A DNA stretch of 41,634 nucleotides from a virus, in IMG/VR virus record IMGVR_UViG_3300009285_000027. The stretch is one strand, 5' to 3'. The notes under the pieces were generated by a model. That model saw nothing but the letters and a program-made list of their open reading frames with translations. It was not told where the DNA came from and searched no databases. Of the stretch, positions 17,738 through 25,726 are shown piece after piece; position 1 is the first letter of the stretch, and each line of letters opens with the position of its first letter. A program made the translations under genes and the position numbers.

Positions 17738-18006
17738 AGGCCGACGCTTATCGGCACGCTAGCGAAGGCCTTCACTCTCCCGAATTGGAAAAGCTACATC
17801 GAATAGAACGGTTCGGACTGGAGGCGGTGACGGGACGGAGGGTATTTTACTTCGGTGAATACTGCCGCCTGATTGCCGCTGAGAATATCGTAATAGCCCA
17901 TGAATCCTCCAAACGCTCACAGAATTGGGCTGAATGGGCGCAATCTAACCCAAGACTAGCTGAGATATTAGCAGAGGCCGTTAAGTTATGCCAAATCCAC
18001 GAATAG
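17405..18006 (+). CDS. Tail assembly chaperone, -1 frameshift product (GT-like)
   Basis: The -1 frame is open from 17677 to 18006. The slippery heptamer C CCA AAC lies at 17725-17731, 4 nt before the zero-frame stop. The downstream ORF 17785..18006 has only a TTG start. Confidence 0.55.
17725..17731 (+). promoter_or_regulatory. Programmed -1 ribosomal frameshift slippery site CCCAAAC
   Basis: Fits the X XXY YYZ pattern in the zero frame (atC CCA AAC). Confidence 0.55.
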
Positions 18007-19667
18007 AACTTGACGCGCAGTTGAATAACGCCGACTTCATAAAAAAGGCGCAAGAAGTCCAAGTCAAGATGGACACGATTAAGGACGCGTCTCACGGCTT
18101 GGGCATTAGCACAACTGCATTAAATCAAGTTCTCAAAGAACAGGAAAGGACCACTCAGAAATCTACTATGTCGTGGACTGATTTTAGGTCCATGTATCAG
18201 ACCGTTTTAGATGTAGTGCGGGTAGGGCAGGCGGTTTGGGATGAGGTCGGACAGAAATACGTTGATAATGCTATTGAGGCGGGAAACATGGCCCGGTCGC
18301 TTGGCACGACAGTCGAGGAAGCCAGTCGCTTACGGGAAGTCGCTGATGACGTGGGTATCAGTGTAGACACACTTCGTACCTCGATGAAGCTGGCGCAGAA
18401 GGACGGATTTCAGCCGAACATTGAAGGCCTCGCGGCGCTGGCCGATGAATATAACTCTCTCGCTCCAGGCGTGGAACGTACTCAATTCCTGTTAGACCGT
18501 TTTGGTAAATCCGGTGAGGATATGGGGAAGTTGCTCGAAAAGGGGAGTGATTCCATTCGCGAGATGAGCGCCGCGGTAGAGGAAAATCTAATTTTTACAG
18601 AAGAGGCTTATCGACGGTCGTTGAGACTGAAATTCGCACAAGATAACCTCAACGATTCGTGGGATGCATACACGTATAGCGTTGCGCCCCCATTAGTTGA
18701 TGCCATGACTGGCGTCATTAATCATCAGATGGACCTAATACGCGCGCAAGAATTGGCAACGAAAGACGGAAAGGGCTACCTTCCCGTTGGGTCCGCCATG
18801 CTGGTTCAATATATTGACCTGGCCCGGGCCGAACGTGAGGTCGCAGACGCAAAACGATTAGCGACCCAGGAATCAGCATTGGCAACCGGTACATTTGAGG
18901 ACGAGGCGGAAGCAACAAAACGAATAGCCGAAGAAACGCGCATCGCAGAACAGGCTATAAAGGATATGACGAAGGCCAATCAGGATTACTTGCGAGAGAT
19001 TGGCGAATTGACCAATGCCCTCGACGCGTTCCAGGACAAGGAACGCGACTTACAGACCACCCATGCAGAACTCTTGGCTAAAAAGCAAGAACTTATCGCG
19101 CAGGGTTATTGGCCTGAGAGTGAAGCAGTACAGGACATAAATAAAAAACTTGCAGAGAATGAACAGGCGCAAATGGACAACGCGCTAGAATTTGAACTTG
19201 CCACCCGCAGGCGTATTCTTGCGCGTGCGGAGGAAATGCTGTCAATCGACGGCCTGACCACAGAGGAGCAGCAGGGGCTATTGGAGCAGGGTCTAGCGTG
19301 GGGCGTCTACACCCAGCAGGCGGTAGACGACATGATACGCATCCAGCAGGAAGCGGACGCACTCGTCGCAAAATATAATTCCATCCCGACTAACGTAAGC
19401 ACCACGATCACGAGCTACTACAATAGCGTCTACGGGGCGGGTAGCTACACACAGCAGCCCGGTTATTTGGGCGGCTCGCGTGCGGCAGGCGGGCCAGTGA
19501 TGGCCGGAACTCCCTATCTCGTTGGTGAGCGCGGGCCAGAGGTAATGACCCCGCAAACGAACGGAAATATAACGCCGAATAATGATCTATCTGGAATCAT
19601 GGATTATAGGCAGATGGGGCGGGCGATGGAAAAGGCCTTTAGCCGTGCATTGAGTAAGGCGGGATAA
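17988..19667 (+). CDS. Tape measure protein
   Basis: 559 aa, long helical/coiled-coil content, Gly-rich C-terminus, positioned after the chaperones. Confidence 0.8.
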   Translation: MPNPRIELDAQLNNADFIKKAQEVQVKMDTIKDASHGLGISTTALNQVLKEQERTTQKSTMSWTDFRSMYQTVLDVVRVGQAVWDEVGQKYVDNAIEAGNMARSLGTTVEEASRLREVADDVGISVDTLRTSMKLAQKDGFQPNIEGLAALADEYNSLAPGVERTQFLLDRFGKSGEDMGKLLEKGSDSIREMSAAVEENLIFTEEAYRRSLRLKFAQDNLNDSWDAYTYSVAPPLVDAMTGVINHQMDLIRAQELATKDGKGYLPVGSAMLVQYIDLARAEREVADAKRLATQESALATGTFEDEAEATKRIAEETRIAEQAIKDMTKANQDYLREIGELTNALDAFQDKERDLQTTHAELLAKKQELIAQGYWPESEAVQDINKKLAENEQAQMDNALEFELATRRRILARAEEMLSIDGLTTEEQQGLLEQGLAWGVYTQQAVDDMIRIQQEADALVAKYNSIPTNVSTTITSYYNSVYGAGSYTQQPGYLGGSRAAGGPVMAGTPYLVGERGPEVMTPQTNGNITPNNDLSGIMDYRQMGRAMEKAFSRALSKAG

Positions 19668-21922
19668 TGCAGGCCAATGCAACCATAAAGTTTTACGGTT
19701 ATATCTCCGCCGCCTGGGTGGAACTGGATGACGCATGTGGCGCAGCGGGTGCTAATTTGTTTTGGGGAATATCGGGCAATGGGCCGATGGATCGTATCGC
19801 GGATACCGCAGATTTACGACTGCCCCTGAACAACGCAACAGGTTTGTATACCATCGGCGGGCCGAGTATGCTTTCGGGGTGGCGCAAGGGCATACCGATA
19901 AAGATAGTCATCACGTTTGAAAGCAACGATTACGAGTATCTCTATTATCTGGATGACGTGGACGCGCGTCCAAGCAACAAAGACAAATTAGCCTATGCCT
20001 ACTGCGTGGACTGGCTCGATTACGCAGAGCGCACCCCGATTGTCAATCCTGGTGTTCAGGCCAATCAACGCGGCGACGAAGTATTGACTACCGCGACAAA
20101 TCTGATTGGGATAGCGCCTCCAGGCGGGACAGATTTCGATACGGGCCGCGAAACATTCCCAACTGCGTTTGACACGAACACATCAAAGACAACGGTTTAC
20201 AAGGAGATGGTAAAAGTCGCTTATTCCGAACTCGGTCACGTCTATCTAAAACATGACGGCACGCTCCGCTTCGAGAGCGCGGACAGTCGGCACGGTTGGA
20301 GAACAGCGGGAACATTTCCACTTGCCATAGATGATAGCAACCTGGCGATAAACGAAGATGGGGAACTAGCGATAAACGAAGATGGGGAATTTGTGGCAAA
20401 TGACGAACTTGCCGCAATGACATTCGACGGCTCGGTCATCAAAGATTATGAAGCGCCCTCTGGCGATCATCAGATTAATCGGATGACGGTAGTGGCTTAC
20501 CCACGCAGACTCGGCGCGTCACCTGAGGTTTTATTTGAGTTGGACGAAGAAATTATTATCGCCTCAGGGCAAACATACCCTCTAAAAGGATATTGGGCAG
20601 ACCCTGTTGGAGGCCTGCCGATCAACGCACAGGATTGGATAGAACCGGACCCTGCAACGGGTACTGATTGTTCTGCGTTCACGGCAACAGGCGGCGGCGG
20701 GTCTAACATCACCTCGAGTCTGACACTCAATAACTGGGCACCGGGCACAGATGGCTTTTCTGTTGACCTATACAACAGCAACGCCGCGACGATGTTTGTT
20801 CGCACATTCGATCCTCGGGCAACGGCGATACGAATACCCAATTCAATTGAGCATGTCGCGACAAACGGCGCGTCCATCACGGAGTTTGAAGCCAATAGTG
20901 AGACACTGCATCAGAAATATAAAAACGATCTTGGTTCGGGGTCTGTGTTCGTGGACAGTCAGGTCGAGGAGCATAAAGAGCCGCGCACGGTTCAGAATTC
21001 TATTACATTTACAGCCAATAAATCCCCCTCTGCAATGATGGCGTTTCTGTACACAGAGGTCGGGGATCTGCGGTATATTGTGATACCAGAAATTGGATTC
21101 GCGAACAATTTTTACATCCAGGGAATTGAGGTTACCATGGCTGGCAAAATAATCACAGTGACATGGCACGTGGCAATTGCACTGTCTCTGATTGCAGGTT
21201 TTTCGCCACTGGCGATTGAGTTTGCGGGAGGAAGCGCGCCAGACGCCGTCAATTTTGGGTACGTGCCATATATTTCTAATTTACAAACACGGAGTTTTTC
21301 TGTGTGGGTGTACATGGACGCGGATGCTACCGGATCAATAGACAATATTATAGGCTATGGGGTTTACGTTCTTATCAGCGTCAAATCTCCGCGCTATATC
21401 CAGTATTATCAGACTGCGACTCCCGCTGGCATTAATGGGATTTGGAAAACCCCTGATAATTCTGTACCACTTGGAGGCTGGACACATATAGTTGTTACTC
21501 ACGACACATCTACAGACCCAACAGCCGACCCCGTTATTTACATCAACGGAACATCCCAAACGTTGACGGAAACCAATACACCGGTGGGTGCGCGGGAAGA
21601 CGAGGCCGGATTGGAGTTTGTTATCGGGAACACCCACTCCAGCGCCAGCGATTACGACACATCGTTTGACGGGAAAATTGCCGACCCGCGCATTTATGGA
21701 CGTATCACCCCGCAATCGGAAGTAACTACATTATACAATGGCGGCACTCCTGACGAAACACTCCTGACTGACGGGTTGAGGTTCCAGGGCTTTGCGGTGC
21801 GCGATGAGGATTTAGCGGACTTCGTAGATCAAACTCTGACCACATCACAAAAAGTATTCGACAATGTTTTCAAGGTCGTCGGTTCAATTCACGGCACTCC
21901 CGTGGGGCGCGCCGCACCGTAG
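19667..21922 (+). CDS. Distal tail / tail-tip protein with C-terminal LamG (concanavalin-like) domain
   Basis: 751 aa with TAATG overlap to the tape measure gene. The C-terminal FSVWVYMD...WTHIVVTHD...VIYINGT...FDGKIADPRIY matches the Laminin_G_3-type pattern. Confidence 0.7.
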   Translation: MQANATIKFYGYISAAWVELDDACGAAGANLFWGISGNGPMDRIADTADLRLPLNNATGLYTIGGPSMLSGWRKGIPIKIVITFESNDYEYLYYLDDVDARPSNKDKLAYAYCVDWLDYAERTPIVNPGVQANQRGDEVLTTATNLIGIAPPGGTDFDTGRETFPTAFDTNTSKTTVYKEMVKVAYSELGHVYLKHDGTLRFESADSRHGWRTAGTFPLAIDDSNLAINEDGELAINEDGEFVANDELAAMTFDGSVIKDYEAPSGDHQINRMTVVAYPRRLGASPEVLFELDEEIIIASGQTYPLKGYWADPVGGLPINAQDWIEPDPATGTDCSAFTATGGGGSNITSSLTLNNWAPGTDGFSVDLYNSNAATMFVRTFDPRATAIRIPNSIEHVATNGASITEFEANSETLHQKYKNDLGSGSVFVDSQVEEHKEPRTVQNSITFTANKSPSAMMAFLYTEVGDLRYIVIPEIGFANNFYIQGIEVTMAGKIITVTWHVAIALSLIAGFSPLAIEFAGGSAPDAVNFGYVPYISNLQTRSFSVWVYMDADATGSIDNIIGYGVYVLISVKSPRYIQYYQTATPAGINGIWKTPDNSVPLGGWTHIVVTHDTSTDPTADPVIYINGTSQTLTETNTPVGAREDEAGLEFVIGNTHSSASDYDTSFDGKIADPRIYGRITPQSEVTTLYNGGTPDETLLTDGLRFQGFAVRDEDLADFVDQTLTTSQKVFDNVFKVVGSIHGTPVGRAAP
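20342..20389 (+). repeat. 24-bp in-frame tandem repeat x2 inside the tail protein gene
   Basis: ctggcgataaacgaagatggggaa / ctagcgataaacgaagatggggaa with one mismatch. Encodes LAINEDGE twice. Confidence 0.9.
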
Positions 21923-21930
21923 GAGATGAC

Positions 21931-23112
21931 ATGGCTGTAAAAGATTCAACCCGCACACAGGCAAGCGCATTCGAGAGCGACGACTTTTTTCGCGGCGTAA
22001 AAAATCGCGGCACAAGTCCAGCTACACAAATCTTCTCACGCGCAGTAATAAAAACCTATTTCGACACGGTCTACCAGCCAGTTGGTTACCCAGCGGGTCA
22101 TCTGTTCGGCATGAAAATCTCGAATAACGCCTCAGACCCGACGAATGATATTGACATTGCAGTCGGCCAATGTAGGGATAGAGCCAATACAGCAGACATG
22201 GCGCTAACAACCGCGCTCACTGGCAAACAGTTAGACGTTGCCTGGGCGGTGGGGTCGTCTGCTGGATTTTTGGATCAAGGCTCGATTGCAAACGCAACCT
22301 ATCACGTGCATTGCATCAAACGTTCCGATACCGGCGTGGTCGATGCGATTGCGTCTCTCTCGCACGATGAGAGCGCAGTCATCACCATGACTATTGCCTC
22401 CCCCGCCGTTGTAACGTGGGGTGTGGCTGGAAACGGGCATGGATTAGTAGCGGGTTCGCCTGTGAAATTTTCGACTACCGGCGCGCTCCCAACAGGCGTT
22501 ACGGCGGGAACGCAATATTATGTTATCGCCACTGGATTGACTGAAACCGCTTTTCAATTTTCAACCTCCAACGGCGGCGCGGCAGTTAATACCAGCGGCA
22601 CGCAATCGGGAGTACATACGGGATTACCAGGCCCGAAGTTACCAACGAGCTACGATTCGTTTCGACGTATCGCGTCGATCGTTAGAACTGGATCGGCTAT
22701 CAAACCGTTTGTACAGTCTGGTGACAAGTTTGCATGGAAAGTCCCTGTAACAGATGTCAATGCAACCGCTCCAGGAACCGCGGCGGTAACGCGTACACTT
22801 ACCATTCCAACGGGACTGAGGATCGAAGGGATTGTGTCTGTGATTGGTGCGAGCAATTCAGGCGTTGCCGATAATCCGCAGGGCATCTTGATCACCGACC
22901 TCCTACAAACCGACACAACGCCAACCTACCCGCTCAACTTGTTTTATTCATATAGCGGCGCGGCGTTCCCGATGTTTACGAGCAGCGCAGACATAAGGGT
23001 ATTTGCGAACCGCTCCGCACAGGTGCGGAGCAGGGTTGAGATTTCAGCCGCAGCGACCATCCTTATAATCAATACGCATGGATGGATCGATACGCGCGGG
23101 CGGCTGGAGTGA
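21931..23112 (+). CDS. Putative tail fibre / receptor-binding protein
   Basis: 393-aa Gly/Thr/Ala-rich ORF, last tail-module gene. RBS GGAGATGAC. Confidence 0.55.
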   Translation: MAVKDSTRTQASAFESDDFFRGVKNRGTSPATQIFSRAVIKTYFDTVYQPVGYPAGHLFGMKISNNASDPTNDIDIAVGQCRDRANTADMALTTALTGKQLDVAWAVGSSAGFLDQGSIANATYHVHCIKRSDTGVVDAIASLSHDESAVITMTIASPAVVTWGVAGNGHGLVAGSPVKFSTTGALPTGVTAGTQYYVIATGLTETAFQFSTSNGGAAVNTSGTQSGVHTGLPGPKLPTSYDSFRRIASIVRTGSAIKPFVQSGDKFAWKVPVTDVNATAPGTAAVTRTLTIPTGLRIEGIVSVIGASNSGVADNPQGILITDLLQTDTTPTYPLNLFYSYSGAAFPMFTSSADIRVFANRSAQVRSRVEISAAATILIINTHGWIDTRGRLE

Positions 23113-23378
23113 TCCTCATTCCCGTTTGGTTCCTGCTCGCAGAAATCGGTATACTAGAGGGTATGCTGATTTATATCTACGTACGCAACCGCGCGTCTAC
23201 GATGGGATGGGTGGCGGGTTTTCTCGCAATCCCGATTGCATATGTCTGGATCACGTACGCGATTACGCCATTTGTTCCGATAGAGGCCGCGCGTATTCTG
23301 GCACGCTACGCGTTCGCGGTGCTCTTTTTCACGCTCATCATTCTGTTCGGGCGCTACATCTGGGGGCTTCGGAAATGA
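23082..23378 (+). CDS. Holin candidate (three predicted TM helices)
   Basis: 98 aa with three hydrophobic segments, immediately upstream of the endolysin region. The start is uncertain (ATG 23082, GTG 23109 or ATG 23163). Confidence 0.55.
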   Translation: MDRYARAAGVILIPVWFLLAEIGILEGMLIYIYVRNRASTMGWVAGFLAIPIAYVWITYAITPFVPIEAARILARYAFAVLFFTLIILFGRYIWGLRK

Positions 23379-23815
23379 GTGACTGGGTTGTAGTGCTGGA
23401 GGCCATCGGCGGGTTTATCGTTGTTGTGTCTGGTATCTGGCTGGCATGGAAAAAGTTCCCGCGCGAGATGAAGCAGACAGATATATCTCTTGCTCAGAGT
23501 GCCTACACTCTGGCGCAACAAGCCATCAAGGACAGAAAAGAGGATGGCGCGCGCATTGACGAATTGGAAAAGAAAATAGACGCTTACGAAGAAACCATCA
23601 AGGACAACAAAGTGGCGATGAAGCTCAAAGAGGACCGCATTGAAGAACTGGAACGGAAAGTCCGTTTGTTAGAAGACATGCTCGCCTCTCAACGCGTTGA
23701 ATTCGAGGAGCGATTGACCTTGCAGAGAGACGAGTATGAACGGCAGATCGGCGAACTGCAAAAACAACTCGGCAGTGTGAAGCGCACAACCGACGAATTG
23801 AAGGAAAAGAAATGA
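23375..23815 (+). CDS. Membrane-anchored coiled-coil lysis-associated protein
   Basis: ATG at 23375 overlaps the upstream stop (ATGA). 146 aa with an N-terminal TM (VVVLEAIGGFIVVVSGIWLAW) followed by a long charged coiled coil. Confidence 0.6.
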   Translation: MSDWVVVLEAIGGFIVVVSGIWLAWKKFPREMKQTDISLAQSAYTLAQQAIKDRKEDGARIDELEKKIDAYEETIKDNKVAMKLKEDRIEELERKVRLLEDMLASQRVEFEERLTLQRDEYERQIGELQKQLGSVKRTTDELKEKK

Positions 23816-24969
23816 ACGAACACATTGGATTACGCGCGGGTTTATACGTTCCCAAAAATAATCTAAGGTCCATCCTTAACCGCGCGCTCAACCCGAGAGG
23901 CCGGCGCTTTGTCGTTTCTCTGAGTGCTGTTATCGCTACACTAAAAGAGATCCCGGATTATTCCTTCTGGCAAGGCAGGCCCAATCACGATCTTATGCGG
24001 ACAAAGACAGACGCGGTAGTCATTCGGGCCGGCCAGAACGTTTGGAAGGATGTTCAATTTGATCGCAATTGGGCAGAGGCTAAACGGGTAGGAATGAAGC
24101 GCGCGACATACTGGTTTTATGATGACCGCGCATCGCCTGGAACACAGGCGGCTTTGTGGCTTAGCATGTTGCAGAACGACCCGCCCGAGATGGAATTGTG
24201 GGCGGATTGGGAGAACTCCTACGGCGGGCCATATAGCGGACTAAAAAACGTGGTTGCGTTTATGGAAGCGATGGAACGCGGCTTGCCCAATTGCAGGATT
24301 GGAATGTACACAGGCTATTACTGGTTCCGCGACCATTCCAACGCAGTCACAAACGCAAGCCAGTACAATTATTTGAAAGCGCATCCGCTATGGGAAGCGT
24401 GGTATACGAGCAATCCAGCGAATGTCCTAATTCCTGCTCCGTGGTCCAATCTGCTTTTATGGCAGTTCGGAACTCCCGCGGTTGGGCACGAGTGGGGCGT
24501 AGAGAGCGCCGAATTGGACATGAACTATTTCAACGGCTCACAGGCCGATTTCGATGCACGATACAGCGGCGGCACAACTCCCCCGCCAACAGGAGGCAAC
24601 ATGCAAGTTATTCAAGGCACGGTAAAGGGAACCGTGCATGTTCGGATCGGGCCGTCCAATACCTATAATCAGGTTTCTACGGACCCGAAGTTTCTTGTTC
24701 CGGGCGACATCATTGAAGCCAGTGAAGCCTATAATCAATGGCTCAAATTATCAAAGGTGAACGGCGTCGCCATCACCGATACGCGTTGGGCTAGTTCAGG
24801 AGTGAGCCAGGCTTATATCGCGTGGGAGTGGGTTGCAGTTGATGAACCACCTCCTCCGCCTCCGCCCCCTGCCGAGACGCGCGAATTCATCGAACAGAAA
24901 ACCATGATCGATCCAGACGGCGCGCGCTGGACCGGCGAAGCGCATTTCGTTTTGACGAAGCAACTATAA
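23812..24969 (+). CDS. Endolysin: GH25-like muramidase + SH3b-like wall-binding domain + poly-Pro tail
   Basis: DYSFWQG...AVVIRAGQ...YWFYDD resembles a GH25 lysozyme. VHVRIGPSNTYNQV...GDIIEA...NQWLKL resembles SH3b. A run of 8 Pro lies at about 24847-24870. Confidence 0.8.
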   Translation: MNEHIGLRAGLYVPKNNLRSILNRALNPRGRRFVVSLSAVIATLKEIPDYSFWQGRPNHDLMRTKTDAVVIRAGQNVWKDVQFDRNWAEAKRVGMKRATYWFYDDRASPGTQAALWLSMLQNDPPEMELWADWENSYGGPYSGLKNVVAFMEAMERGLPNCRIGMYTGYYWFRDHSNAVTNASQYNYLKAHPLWEAWYTSNPANVLIPAPWSNLLLWQFGTPAVGHEWGVESAELDMNYFNGSQADFDARYSGGTTPPPTGGNMQVIQGTVKGTVHVRIGPSNTYNQVSTDPKFLVPGDIIEASEAYNQWLKLSKVNGVAITDTRWASSGVSQAYIAWEWVAVDEPPPPPPPPAETREFIEQKTMIDPDGARWTGEAHFVLTKQL

Positions 24970-25718
24970 TGTACACGGTTCAATCGACGCTCAGGTGGCA
25001 GGTGGCCGAACCGCCTCCCGCCGTGCAACTTTATCGCGTACTCCATGACGCGGAGCGCGGCCCGTTGTGGCGGTGGAGTGTTCCAGAAGTCTACCCTGTC
25101 GGAGGTGTGGCAATTCCGCTCAATGAGGAATGGCAGCTATTTACGAAGGCGCTCAATCCAGATATGACGCCAATCAAATGGCGGAGGCTGATGGGGTATA
25201 AAACAGCCTTCAATAATTTTGACAGTGGCTTTGACTATCCGGGCGGAACTGCAAAGCCCGATTACGTGAACAGGCTTGATCTGACCGCGACAGGAAAGCT
25301 CAAATACGACAAGTCGCGCGTGTGCGGCGGTGCGGTAGTAACAGGCACAGAAGGCTACAGCGTTTTACAAGCATTGAAGGATGCACTGACATTGATAAAG
25401 ACGGTAAGGCGGACTGTGCTGGCTCGAAATTTCCGCGCCTCCATGCGTGCGCTGGTCGCAAACAACGTCCTGATTGTTTCCATGCTGGACGGAAACGCCG
25501 CACCGCCCGCCGTAGAGGACGTTGCAATCTGGCATAAGTTTTGCGCGTTAAACGTGGTGAACGAAACCACGCTATCACGTTTTCCGCAGGGTGATGGCGC
25601 GGACGTGTGGATTCCACTTGTGGCGCGTGAAACAATCAAGATACCGTTGGCACACTTGGCGAAGGTGGATATGAGCAAGCCGCTCCCGTCACCCTATTTG
25701 ATTTATAGTCCCGCGTAG
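24969..25718 (+). CDS. Hypothetical protein
   Basis: 249-aa ORF with TAATG overlap to the endolysin gene. Confidence 0.55.
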   Translation: MYTVQSTLRWQVAEPPPAVQLYRVLHDAERGPLWRWSVPEVYPVGGVAIPLNEEWQLFTKALNPDMTPIKWRRLMGYKTAFNNFDSGFDYPGGTAKPDYVNRLDLTATGKLKYDKSRVCGGAVVTGTEGYSVLQALKDALTLIKTVRRTVLARNFRASMRALVANNVLIVSMLDGNAAPPAVEDVAIWHKFCALNVVNETTLSRFPQGDGADVWIPLVARETIKIPLAHLAKVDMSKPLPSPYLIYSPA

Positions 25719-25726
25719 GAGGCTGA

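Noticed and set aside
17785-18006. Independent 73-aa gene starting at TTG 17785.
   Set aside because: It has no RBS. Its frame is open upstream to 17677 and is reached through a canonical slippery heptamer, so it is treated as the -1 frameshift extension of the chaperone.
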